A stretch of 64,000 nt of DNA from Candidatus Poribacteria bacterium (lineage in GTDB: Bacteria > Poribacteria > WGA-4E > WGA-3G). The stretch covers positions 864,001 through 928,000 of the forward strand of contig OZ240248.1 in the NCBI GenBank assembly GCA_965198235.1. Reading direction: 5' to 3'. Under the pieces are notes generated by a model. It made no database searches, had not been told where the DNA came from, and worked only from the letters and a program-made list of their open reading frames with translations. Positions 29,234-38,851 of this stretch are shown here, in pieces. The position numbers were made by a program, and so were the translations under genes. The first letter of the stretch is position 1, and each line of letters begins with the position of its first letter.

Positions 29234-29955
29234 ACCTTCTTATGCCACATTCGCTCAAAGTTATCTTGGGGGGCAAAACCTAAGATGCGTTTCGTTTTGA
29301 CATTGGAGAACTGCTGATGCGGTAAATCTGCGAAGATATTGAAAATCTCACAGCGTGATGGGAGGTCTTCCAAATCAATCTCCAAACCCAACCGGAAGGC
29401 TTCGCCTGCGTCGCGCCAACTGACAGAAAAGGGATTGAGATCGGTGCCTTCCGCTGGATCCTCGTGCTCCCGGAAACTCAGGAATAGATAGCAGAGGACA
29501 TAGATGTCGTAATGTTCAGTAAAGACTTTACAGATTTCCTGTCCTAACCCCTTGGTCAACGGATAGAGTCCGGTGCTTGTGTGTGGTGGAACATCCGGGT
29601 TAATCTCGTAATCGTAGGTGGTATAGTCATCCCCTTGGATGGTGAAATGTGGTCCCGTGTTGATAACGCGACGGATACCGTGTTCGACAGCAGCGCGCAT
29701 CATATTGTAACATCCACGTGTACTAACATCAAAAGCCAGCTGTCGGTCGTGTCGTAGGACGGAGCAATTGAGAATCGCGTCCATCCCTTCAGCCGCTCGC
29801 ATAACCTGATCCAGCGAACCGACATCAATGTGCATCGATTCATGTTTCGTTTCAATCTCGTTGATGTCTGTGACGCGCAAAGTATAGTAAGGTTCCAATG
29901 CCTCAACAACATGCGGTCCAAGATAACCGTTACCACCTAAAATGAGAACTTTCAT
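29227..29955 (-). CDS. NAD-dependent epimerase/dehydratase (uronate dehydrogenase-like)
   Basis: ILGGNGYLG, YPLTK. Confidence 0.88.
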   Translation of the reverse strand: MKVLILGGNGYLGPHVVEALEPYYTLRVTDINEIETKHESMHIDVGSLDQVMRAAEGMDAILNCSVLRHDRQLAFDVSTRGCYNMMRAAVEHGIRRVINTGPHFTIQGDDYTTYDYEINPDVPPHTSTGLYPLTKGLGQEICKVFTEHYDIYVLCYLFLSFREHEDPAEGTDLNPFSVSWRDAGEAFRLGLEIDLEDLPSRCEIFNIFADLPHQQFSNVKTKRILGFAPQDNFERMWHKKVF

Positions 29956-29985
29956 GGTTATACTCCATTGAGAAAAATGTCACTT

Positions 29986-30696
29986 CTACTGAGATGATGG
30001 CACGAATTGCGGATCGAACTTCAGATGTCCCTTGGCTTTCCCGATCAAAAAACGGGAACCGGGGAACCCTGACTGGATGTGAAAGATTCGCCACGGCGAG
30101 GACGATTCGAGCGCACCTTGAAAGGCGGTGACTGCATCGTTGATCTCAAGCCACATTGAATCCGATTCGGCGGTTGCTACAGCATCAGCAGTAACGAGGT
30201 TACCAAGACGGAGGCACGTCACGTTGAGTTTGCCTTCGCGACCGAATTCTCTACACGTGAACTCACCAAGATGCTTCGACAGCACGAAACTATCGACAGA
30301 AGGACGAGGTCGCCAACTCTCTGTAACCGTCCAGTCTTCACCGTGTTGCTCAAAGAGACGGAGCGTGCTTGCGTAAATAGCATGTTTCACGCCTTCCTCC
30401 GATGCTGCCATCAGTAGGTTATAAGTGCAGCGCGTCTGATAATCGATAGCGTAATTGTTGGGTTGGTCGGCTTCGGCAAGGAGATTAGCGGGTATTTCAG
30501 CGATGTGGATAAGGGTATCCATGCCGCGCACCAGTTCGTTGGTTGACTCGTCGTGCCCAAGTTCGCTTTGCACGAACGTTCCTTCAACATTGTCAACCGG
30601 ATACAACTCTGTCAAGCGGAGCGTGTGTTCTTCCGCTAATGCTCCCGCTACGTTGCGCGCCAGTTCAGAACCAGCGGAGGTAATCAAGATGTTCAT
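29986..30696 (-). CDS. NAD-dependent epimerase-like protein with degenerate motifs
   Basis: ILITSAGSELA (glycine motif degenerate), YAST, FVLSK in place of YxxxK, CLRLG. Confidence 0.8.
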   Translation of the reverse strand: MNILITSAGSELARNVAGALAEEHTLRLTELYPVDNVEGTFVQSELGHDESTNELVRGMDTLIHIAEIPANLLAEADQPNNYAIDYQTRCTYNLLMAASEEGVKHAIYASTLRLFEQHGEDWTVTESWRPRPSVDSFVLSKHLGEFTCREFGREGKLNVTCLRLGNLVTADAVATAESDSMWLEINDAVTAFQGALESSSPWRIFHIQSGFPGSRFLIGKAKGHLKFDPQFVPSSQ

Positions 30697-30734
30697 AATT
30701 TTTTAATTTTAAGGTTTCTGCTCCGATTTTTCCG

Positions 30735-30790
30735 TTTTGATCATCAACTCGTGCCCTTACAAAATGTGGAAGACGAGTTGATGATCAAAA
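30735..30790. repeat. Perfect 18-bp inverted repeat with 20-nt loop
   Basis: ttttgatcatcaactcgt / acgagttgatgatcaaaa. Confidence 0.85.
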
Positions 30791-30896
30791 AATCGGGTTT
30801 CCGACAAGGGCAAACAATATCGGAGGAATTAATGGTTTTAAACCCTACCTCTGCTAACACTTGGACACCATACAAAAATTACGCTGTGTCCTATTC

Positions 30897-31304
30897 CTAT
30901 AAAGCATTTCGAATTTTTGCCGCGATGTTGCCGATTTCCTCCATATCCCCTTCGCTCGGTCGCCACGGTAACCGAAGCGGGTCGCCTTCCCATCGTGGGA
31001 TCAAGTGGAGATGGAAATGGAAAACGGTCTGAAATCCTGCGGCTTCATTCGACTGAAAGAGGTTGAGCCCATCAGGGTTCAATGCAGTCCGGATCGCGTT
31101 TGCGAGTGGAACCGCGGTTTGCATAATTTTACTGCCTACTTCTGCAGGCATATCATAGATATTTCTATAATGCTGCTTCGGTATAACGAGGGTATGTCCC
31201 GGGTTCGCGGGGGCAATATCCATAAAAGCGAAAACGTGTTCATCTTCATACACCGTGGTTGCCGGAATATCACCAGCAACAATCGCACAAAAGATACAAT
31301 CCAT
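30897..31304 (-). CDS. HIT family protein
   Basis: DCIFC, GHTLVIPK, QTVFHFHLHLIPR. Confidence 0.95.
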   Translation of the reverse strand: MDCIFCAIVAGDIPATTVYEDEHVFAFMDIAPANPGHTLVIPKQHYRNIYDMPAEVGSKIMQTAVPLANAIRTALNPDGLNLFQSNEAAGFQTVFHFHLHLIPRWEGDPLRLPWRPSEGDMEEIGNIAAKIRNAL

Positions 31305-31497
31305 TTTCTTTAATTTTCCTTGCGGTTAAACGACGCGAACTTGGAATTTGACATGCCTTCCTTAAATCTGAAGAAACACCGGATTTAGTCTGGGAATAGA
31401 CTGGATTTAGTCTGGGAATAGACTAAATCCATTCCTTGTATTACATTTCCATTCCTTGTATTACATTGCAAAAACCCTTCCATTTCATTACAGGCTA
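31305..31497. repeat. Family A variant containing two tandem duplications (22 bp x2 and 20 bp x2)
   Basis: Left end taattttccttgcggtt; ggatttagtctgggaatagact x2 (31381-31424); ccattccttgtattacatt x2 (31429-31467). Confidence 0.8.
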
Positions 31498-31675
31498 TGT
31501 AATTTGAATTAAGGGGAAAATAAAAGAGTTTCAAAAAACGGGTCTTTTCATTATTTTAGCAAATTCAGCACAGAAAATCAATCGGAAATTTGTCCTCAAA
31601 AATGCAGAAACGTGATATACTGATTTATGGCAGAGTGAGGGAAATGTTGAATGACAAAAGCAAAGGAGAATCAGC

Positions 31676-32317
31676 ATGAAACAGATTTTCACCCTTCCAC
31701 TCATAGCACCGTTCGGTATTCTTGCCAGTTTTCTCCTCTTTTCAGGGTGTGCCAGCAAACATATCAAGACCGAGGCATCCGAAACGCGTTTTGAAGATGG
31801 ACAAACTGTCCATTTGCCCCCAGAGAAATCTGCGAAGGCGAAGAAACCGAAAGAAGATTTTATCATCGGATTCAACCCGTTCAAGGATGATCCAGATAAT
31901 CCCAGTCCGCACAACCCACTCATCAAGAAGTTCGGGGACATTCCGCAAGTCCGCACCTTTATGCGGTTGCAAAGAAAATATTTGAGTGGCACATCCCTCA
32001 CAATTGATGAGGCGATAGAACTCCATACTGTGGACTTCTATCTGTATCCGCACCCAAGTACGGAAGCGCGCCTAAAATATTTAAAAAAACACAAAAAAGA
32101 GTTAGAAGCGAGCGGACAAACGGCTGAATTTGAATGGAAGTATACTGGGACAACACATGTTGATTACAGTCGCAGCGACGGTTACACCATCAAAACAGAG
32201 ATTCGTCCTGATGGCAGCAAAACGATATACGATTCGCGTGTAAAAGGCAGTGTGATAGAGGTCCCGCCGCAAACAGAATCTCCCTATACAGATGACGCGA
32301 GTGATGAAAAGCCTTGA
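31676..32317 (+). CDS. Hypothetical lipoprotein
   Basis: RBS aaggag; lipobox LFSG-C. Confidence 0.75.
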   Translation: MKQIFTLPLIAPFGILASFLLFSGCASKHIKTEASETRFEDGQTVHLPPEKSAKAKKPKEDFIIGFNPFKDDPDNPSPHNPLIKKFGDIPQVRTFMRLQRKYLSGTSLTIDEAIELHTVDFYLYPHPSTEARLKYLKKHKKELEASGQTAEFEWKYTGTTHVDYSRSDGYTIKTEIRPDGSKTIYDSRVKGSVIEVPPQTESPYTDDASDEKP

Positions 32318-32318
32318 T

Positions 32319-32687
32319 ATGACTTTACAAAATTCAGTTGAAATTTTCCCGGCGGAACCCTTATTATTAAGAGAAAAGGAGATACACATCGTAGACAGAA
32401 TCACTTTCAATCCCGATCAATACGGTGGACGGCCCTGTATTCGCGGGATGCGGATCCGGGTAACGGATGTCTTGGATCTGCTCGCAAATGGACTCTCTTT
32501 TCAAGAGATTCTTGATGAAATGCCGCTTTTAGAACATGAAGATATTGTTGTCTGTCTCCAATTCGCCTCAAAGAAAATAGACCATCCCATAAAAAAGGCG
32601 GGCATGGAGCCCGCCTCTACAGTAGTCAAAACATCTTCAGCACCTTACCGATATGCCTTAAATCCAGCCTCTACACGCCGTTTGTGA
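32319..32687 (+). CDS. DUF433 family putative antitoxin, orphan and possibly degenerate
   Basis: RITFNPDQYGGRPCIRGMRIRVTDVLDLLANG...LEHEDI; RBS aaggag precedes ATC at 32388 rather than ATG. Confidence 0.75.
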   Translation: MTLQNSVEIFPAEPLLLREKEIHIVDRITFNPDQYGGRPCIRGMRIRVTDVLDLLANGLSFQEILDEMPLLEHEDIVVCLQFASKKIDHPIKKAGMEPASTVVKTSSAPYRYALNPASTRRL

Positions 32688-34636
32688 TAAAGATTTAACA
32701 CGCTCCCTTCAACGCGTGCAGTCGCCTGTCTGCCATCGCTGAAAGTTACCTGGAATTGTGTATTGGAGTCCTGTGAGATCGCCTCAGTCTTCGGTAACGG
32801 AATGTCCTTCTGCTCCGTCCACTCTTGAATCAGTTTCGTGAGGGAGTCAGCGTCACTCGGTGCGGATTTCGCGTCTTTTAACTCAATGCTGAACGCCGGC
32901 ACGTTCTTCTTGACGTAGTTAAACCAACGCGCCGTCCGTAGGAACGGCACGAGAGCCTGCAATGCTTCAGCAGTACCAACCCGACTCAATGCCTCCGATG
33001 AGAATCCACGCACATACGCCGACTCGCTCATCAATGCCTCTCGTAACGCAGGTATAGCCTCTGTTGCATCCGGTCCAATACGAGTCAATGCCTGCGCCGC
33101 AAAGAACGCTAAATCCGTGTCTTCACGATCTGTCAGAACTTCTACCAACGCGGGGACCGTCTTCGACACTGGCACTTTAATCATACCCAACGCTGAGGTT
33201 GCATGCCGTCGCACCTCTTCCGATTCATCCCTTAATAACGCAATAAGCCCATCAACTGCCTCCGCCGCGATCGGACCCATCTCGCCCAATGTATACGCCG
33301 CCGAAGCACGCACGTTCTCGCGTTCGTCCTGCAAAGCCGTTATGAGTGCAGGCACAGCCGACGCACCCGTTGCTGCGAGTCCGTGTGCTGCATCACAGAT
33401 ATGGAGAATCGGTTCCATATCAAACGCCTCTTTTTCCGAATCAAGCGCGCCAACGAGGGGTTTAACAGCGGGTTCCCCAATCGCACCGAGTGCATAGATA
33501 GCGTTTCGACGGACCGGTTCATAACTATCTTCAAGGGCATCTACAAGTGCTGAAACAGCCTCTGCACCATCCGTGCGCATAAAACCTAATTCGTTCGCCG
33601 CTTTCATACGCTCGTGCGGATTGTCTTTTTTCAACGCAGCAATCGCTGATGCTACATCCACCGTGGTATCTGGACGGTCAGTTTCATATAGATCGGTCTT
33701 GCCATACATCCAATTCCAGATATACGTCCAGAGGATCTCCGCATCGTAAGGAACGTGATTGACTCCAGGCGGTTGCCATATAGAGGTCTCACTGTTCCAC
33801 GAAGGCGTTGCCGGCTGCTCGGTACGCATAAAGACGAATTTCATACCGTAGCGATTCAGAGGAACATAATTCTGTAGGAACGAATGCACCATATCGAAGT
33901 GCATAATCCACACCGTGCCGAGTTCACCGGACATCGGGACCAGATTACGATTCAGGAAACTCTCAGAAAGTAGTCGCGTCCCGTTTCCACCCTCCGCATG
34001 TATCTCGTGCCGCTGGCGTTCACCATCCAGCATAAATTCTCGGATGTATTGCGTCCCGGGAATGATACAGGTTGGTCCCTGCTCGGCGAGGCAAGGTTGC
34101 GGATAATAGAAAAGAATCGCCCAGCGAGGCGTTCGATGCCGTGGTCGCTTCCCACCGGCGTGTCCATCTTTGTGAAACGGCATCATCAACCGCTCTTCGC
34201 CATCGTCCTTCCCGCTCGGTGTGCTTCCCGAACTTTTAACAGCAAGTTTTGGCTTGCAAGCTGCGCCAAAATTGGGATGGCAATGCCGATGTGGGTGCAT
34301 GACATATCCGTTCCCCAAAATACTGGTGAGCGCACCGCGCACCTCTGGAGATTCCAAGACTACCTGAAGCTCGGGCACTAACGGTAAAATGTTATTGAGC
34401 GGGTTGTGTTGCCTATCACCTCGGAAATCCATCGCTCCAGCAAAGAGTTCATCCGTTTTGTCGTAGATAGTTTCGTGGACGTGCATCGACACGTCAGCGG
34501 TGACGTTGACATACCCATTCACAATAAAATGACGAATCTGTTCATCGTTTAGAAGCTGCTGATTTTTAATTTTTCCTTGCGGTTCGGTCAGCTGGATTTC
34601 GCTTATCAAGAGCCTTCCCGTATATCCGCCCTCCAC
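32645..34636 (-). CDS. Phytanoyl-CoA dioxygenase (PhyH)-like domain fused to HEAT repeats
   Basis: IRHFIVNGY, FHKDG (HxD), GPTCIIPG, HFDMVH; repeated VRRNAIYALG-type HEAT units; first ~25 codons are repeat-derived. Confidence 0.88.
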   Translation of the reverse strand: MEGGYTGRLLISEIQLTEPQGKIKNQQLLNDEQIRHFIVNGYVNVTADVSMHVHETIYDKTDELFAGAMDFRGDRQHNPLNNILPLVPELQVVLESPEVRGALTSILGNGYVMHPHRHCHPNFGAACKPKLAVKSSGSTPSGKDDGEERLMMPFHKDGHAGGKRPRHRTPRWAILFYYPQPCLAEQGPTCIIPGTQYIREFMLDGERQRHEIHAEGGNGTRLLSESFLNRNLVPMSGELGTVWIMHFDMVHSFLQNYVPLNRYGMKFVFMRTEQPATPSWNSETSIWQPPGVNHVPYDAEILWTYIWNWMYGKTDLYETDRPDTTVDVASAIAALKKDNPHERMKAANELGFMRTDGAEAVSALVDALEDSYEPVRRNAIYALGAIGEPAVKPLVGALDSEKEAFDMEPILHICDAAHGLAATGASAVPALITALQDERENVRASAAYTLGEMGPIAAEAVDGLIALLRDESEEVRRHATSALGMIKVPVSKTVPALVEVLTDREDTDLAFFAAQALTRIGPDATEAIPALREALMSESAYVRGFSSEALSRVGTAEALQALVPFLRTARWFNYVKKNVPAFSIELKDAKSAPSDADSLTKLIQEWTEQKDIPLPKTEAISQDSNTQFQVTFSDGRQATARVEGSVLNLYHKRRVEAGFKAYR

Positions 34637-34762
34637 TTTGTTACGGGCTGCGTATCAAGAACTTGCGCGTAATGAAATTAGGTTTCCTTAAATGGCATAA
34701 TTTTGCTTCGCAGTGAGAATGCTTTACATTTGGAGCGCAGTCAGATGCCCATAAATTAAAAA
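34563..34762. repeat. Family A repeat with doubly nested inserts
   Basis: Same ends as 29047-29233; contains the 1598-1643 insert, itself interrupted by gcttcgcagtgagaa. Confidence 0.88.
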
Positions 34763-34766
34763 CTTT

Positions 34767-35732
34767 TTAATACCATGCCGCCTTATTGACGACGTTCTGC
34801 AATGGCGCGCCTTCGGCGAACCGACGCGCGTTTTCCAAAAGAATCTCAAACCGCCGTGCCGGAAGGTTCTCCGCATCCTTCACAGCGATGTGTGGCGTTA
34901 TTAACACATTGGGCAGATGCCACAACCGACTTTCAGGAGGCAAAGGCTCAATTTCAAACACATCCAAGCCACATCCTGCAATGCTGCCCTGCTCAAGTGC
35001 CTCAACGAGATCGGCGAGTTTCGTCGTCTTACCGCGTCCGATGTTAATGAAGTAAGCCGTCCGTTTCATCAGGTCGAAGCGGTCTTTGTGCCACATTCCC
35101 TCGGTTTCAGGTGTGTGTGGTGTCGTGGTTATTACAAAATCGGCGAGTGGAAGGAGCGTGTCGAGTTCTGCAGAGTCATGTTTCTCTATAAAAGGCACCT
35201 CATATTCCCACCTCGGATCGACTCCGATCACTCTCATTCCGAATTCGTGGCAGAGTCGCGCGGTTTCATGCCCGATACCACCAACACCGACGATTAACAC
35301 CGTTGCTTGCGCGAGGTCAATGTATCCATTTTTGCGTGCATCTTTATCCCAAACACCTTCATGTTGTGCATCCATATAGTAAGGTAGCCCACGAGAAAGC
35401 GCAAGCACGAACATCATGATATGCTGCGAAATATGGTCGTTGTAAATACCGCGTGGGTTACAGGCAACGACGGGATGCTCGATCAACGCCGGATAATAAT
35501 AGCCCGGGAAGGGACCCGCAGCGGGGTTCTGTAGCCATCGTAGATTTTTCACCAACGGCAGCTGTTCCGGCGACACCCAACCGTAGACAGCATCGGCATC
35601 GGGAAGGTGTTTCTCTACTGCCTCGTCTGTCTCTGGTAAAACGACGGTGTATGTGGGCAATTCGTTTTGGAGGCGTTCAGCCCATTCGCGTAATTCCGCG
35701 TCCTGTGGCGGCATGATTATGAGTTTTGGCAC
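34767..35732 (-). CDS. D-2-hydroxyacid dehydrogenase
   Basis: GVGGIG, INIGRG, LDVFEIEPLP, ITPHIA. Confidence 0.93.
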   Translation of the reverse strand: MPKLIIMPPQDAELREWAERLQNELPTYTVVLPETDEAVEKHLPDADAVYGWVSPEQLPLVKNLRWLQNPAAGPFPGYYYPALIEHPVVACNPRGIYNDHISQHIMMFVLALSRGLPYYMDAQHEGVWDKDARKNGYIDLAQATVLIVGVGGIGHETARLCHEFGMRVIGVDPRWEYEVPFIEKHDSAELDTLLPLADFVITTTPHTPETEGMWHKDRFDLMKRTAYFINIGRGKTTKLADLVEALEQGSIAGCGLDVFEIEPLPPESRLWHLPNVLITPHIAVKDAENLPARRFEILLENARRFAEGAPLQNVVNKAAWY

Positions 35733-35902
35733 GGGTTTTGTTCCTCTCTGTAGTTTTTATGTCTAAGATACAACCATTTTAGCACAGTCGCCTCAGAAAA
35801 TCAAGACTTATAAAAAAACGCTTGAATGTCTACGAGATTTCAATATAATAGAGGTATTAGTAACTTATAGAAAACTCTAATTTGAAGTGTTGAGAAAACA
35901 TT

Positions 35903-37309
35903 ATGTCCTCGCCACTTAAAATCAACTTTGACAAAGGCACTCTCATCCTACAGAATGTCCCAGAGACACTCCAAACACGATTGCCAGACATCCGATGGGA
36001 TGAACGTACCCTCACCTTCCGCGCACCCGCCTACCGCTACCGGCATATCGTTTCGCAGCTGCGCGCACACGACATCGCGTATCAGGACACAGCGCGGCAG
36101 TTTACAGTCGAATCCTTCACACATCAAAAAACGATGTCACCCTACCCCTACCAGACCGAAGCAATAGACGCCTGGCACGCCAACGGCAAACGCGGCGTAG
36201 TGAGCCTCCCCACGGGTGCTGGTAAAACCTTTATCGCGATCCTGCTCATTGCGGACACGCAGCGTCCCACACTCGTACATGTGCCGACAATCGACTTAAT
36301 GCAGCAATGGTATACTGTGCTGAAAGAACATTTTGGACAAGAGGTAGGACTTTATGGCGGCGGCTATCACGAACTGAAAGATCTCACTGTGACGACGTAT
36401 CAATCCGCCGTTATGCATGCGCCATACTACGGAAATCGGTTCGGCTTCGCCATTTTCGACGAATGCCACCACCTACCGAGTGATCAGTACCAGTATGCGG
36501 CAATCAGCAGCATCGCCCCTTTTCGATTGGGATTGACAGCCACACCCGAACGCGTTGATGGAAAAGAAAACCGACTCTATGAACTCGTCGGTGAACGCTG
36601 TTATGAGGTGAAGGTACAAGAACTTTCTGGAAAAACGCTCTCTGAGTACCGGGTTGTCACCATTGCAGTTGAGATGGAAGATACGGAGCGGGTTCGGTAC
36701 GAAGAAGCCCGCCGCACCTATTTAAACTTCCTCAAACAGGAACGCATTAATATGGGGACACCGCGCGGCTGGCATACTTTCCTCTGGAAAGCCTCTCGAA
36801 CAGACGAAGGACGTGTCGCTTTTAAAGCGTATCTCGCCCAGAAGCAGCTCAGTTTTGCGTCAACTACAAAACAGGAATGGGTATGGAAACTTATTCAGAG
36901 GCACAGCGGCGATCGCATCCTCATCTTTACACAGGATAACGATACAGCGTATCAACTCGGCACGCGTTTTTTCCTGCCGGTGCTAACGCATCAGACGAAA
37001 CTCAAGGAGCGGAATGACTTTTTGAACAAGTTCCGCGACGGCACCTATTCCATCCTCGTTACTTCTAAAGTCCTAAACGAAGGCATAGATGTCCCTGAAG
37101 CGAATGTTGGCATCATCGTCTCTGGAAGTGGGAGCGTCCGGGAACATGTTCAACGATTAGGACGCATCCTCCGCAAGCGGGAAGGCAAACAAGCAGTGCT
37201 TTACGAACTCATCTCCAAACAGACGGGCGAACACTATGTCAATAAGCGGCGCAGACAACACCACGCATATGAAAAAAGTAATAGTACTTCATCGACTTTC
37301 AAATTATAA
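35903..37309 (+). CDS. XPB/Ssl2-like superfamily 2 helicase
   Basis: LPTGAGKT, FDECHH, LGLTATPER, LNEGIDVP, QRLGRILR. Confidence 0.92.
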   Translation: MSSPLKINFDKGTLILQNVPETLQTRLPDIRWDERTLTFRAPAYRYRHIVSQLRAHDIAYQDTARQFTVESFTHQKTMSPYPYQTEAIDAWHANGKRGVVSLPTGAGKTFIAILLIADTQRPTLVHVPTIDLMQQWYTVLKEHFGQEVGLYGGGYHELKDLTVTTYQSAVMHAPYYGNRFGFAIFDECHHLPSDQYQYAAISSIAPFRLGLTATPERVDGKENRLYELVGERCYEVKVQELSGKTLSEYRVVTIAVEMEDTERVRYEEARRTYLNFLKQERINMGTPRGWHTFLWKASRTDEGRVAFKAYLAQKQLSFASTTKQEWVWKLIQRHSGDRILIFTQDNDTAYQLGTRFFLPVLTHQTKLKERNDFLNKFRDGTYSILVTSKVLNEGIDVPEANVGIIVSGSGSVREHVQRLGRILRKREGKQAVLYELISKQTGEHYVNKRRRQHHAYEKSNSTSSTFKL

Positions 37310-37466
37310 GGGTCTGCTTTGGTTTGTAGTAGGGCAATTCATTGCCCGTTGTTGATCTGTTCTCACTGCGAAGCAGTGCGATAAATCGCACGACTACGAA
37401 CTCACCCTAAAATTCAAAATGGATAGAACAATAGGCACACACCGTATGCCGTAAAATCAGAATACT

Positions 37467-38732
37467 ATGCTCACCAAAGACCTGCTCCAGTATAAAACTA
37501 AGAACGGGCTAATTTCACCACAGTTTGTGAATCCAGCGGATAATCAGTTATTGGCAATTGCCGAGCAATTAATTGCCGTTTTTGAAGAATCACCAGATAA
37601 GCCACGGGCGACGCTCTTAGAGACCAGCAAGCACATTATTGATAGTACACCGGGAGCACCCATCATCAAGCGTGGACTCGAAAAACTCCTGTTAGATCGG
37701 ACAGAGTTCGATACTACCCCCAACGAAGAACTAATCGCATTTCGACAAAAACTCTTCACGGACACGAGTCGCCTGCTTTCACAAGAACAGTTTGAGAATT
37801 ACGCGGATTATGCGCAAGCCGCGTGTGGGCTTGCGGGACAATGTAAAATGTTAGGGACGGTGGAATCGGAACCGCGACCGGAGGTTGCTCCCACAGAAGG
37901 GGAAGACCTGGCTGCCAAACTCTACGCAGATTTGCCGAGTTGTCAACCGGTTTTGGCATTCAAGACGCTTTCTGCTGAACGCTTGCTCCACCGTTATAAC
38001 ACTGCCCAGGTCCAAGGGCTCCTTCTCCATAGCAATAGTCTCACGCTAAAGCTCGCTGACTCCATGACAGCCGAACTCCGTCAACTGTTCAAGTATCTCA
38101 GATTCAACCAACTCCTCTCCACAATTCGGAAAGAAGAAGAACTCTATCAAATTACGGTGGATGGACCCCTCAATCTCTTTTACAAAACAAAACGGTACGG
38201 CATGAACTTGGCGAATTTCTTCGTTGCGGTGCTGCATCAACCCAAATGGGAACTCACTGCGGAGATCCAGTTCCGGAATAAACAGTATTATCGGTTATCT
38301 CTCAATGAATCGTGCGGGATTAAACCGATTGCACAACAGTTTCTCGCCTATATCCCTGAAGACATCCAACTCTTCCAGACAATGCTTCGCAACAAAACCG
38401 ATGACTGGCAGATCCGTCCGGGAAGTCAGTTCACCCCTTTACCGGGGGATCTCTACTGCTTTCCAGACTATCAACTCGTTCACAAAAGCGGTGTAGAAAC
38501 CGGCATTGAGTTATTTCATCCGTGGCATCAAGGACATCTCATCGCACGACTCAACACGCTCGCTGAACAGAAGGACGTGTTCCTTATCCTCGGAGTCTCA
38601 AAGGAGTTGGAAAAACAGCCGCTCATCGCGGAGGCACTCGCGACATCGGCTTATTTCTCACAGTTCGGTTTTATATTCCGAGATGTCCCAACCATACGCA
38701 CCTTGCTCCCAATCCTGAACTCACTTGTGTAG
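37467..38732 (+). CDS. DUF790 family (Bax1-like) endonuclease
   Basis: MLTKDLL start, LYADL, RYNTAQVQGLL, DGPLNLF..TKRYG, FPDY...IELFHPW; adjacent to the XPB-like helicase. Confidence 0.85.
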   Translation: MLTKDLLQYKTKNGLISPQFVNPADNQLLAIAEQLIAVFEESPDKPRATLLETSKHIIDSTPGAPIIKRGLEKLLLDRTEFDTTPNEELIAFRQKLFTDTSRLLSQEQFENYADYAQAACGLAGQCKMLGTVESEPRPEVAPTEGEDLAAKLYADLPSCQPVLAFKTLSAERLLHRYNTAQVQGLLLHSNSLTLKLADSMTAELRQLFKYLRFNQLLSTIRKEEELYQITVDGPLNLFYKTKRYGMNLANFFVAVLHQPKWELTAEIQFRNKQYYRLSLNESCGIKPIAQQFLAYIPEDIQLFQTMLRNKTDDWQIRPGSQFTPLPGDLYCFPDYQLVHKSGVETGIELFHPWHQGHLIARLNTLAEQKDVFLILGVSKELEKQPLIAEALATSAYFSQFGFIFRDVPTIRTLLPILNSLV

Positions 38733-38851
38733 CCTAACAAGGCATATTGCCTCAAAAAAAGTGACATTCTATCACTTTTGTGGTATCCTTAACGGCAGAA
38801 ACCCCTAAATCCTTAGCACCCAAAACTCTCCTCAAAAAGAAGAATGCCATT

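Noticed and set aside
30751-31032. 93-aa plus-strand ORF
   Set aside because: Runs through a palindrome and overlaps the HIT gene antisense; no motifs
31381-31467. Tandem repeats as a CRISPR array or iterons
   Set aside because: Units are directly adjacent without spacers, there are only two copies of each, and no cas or rep gene is nearby
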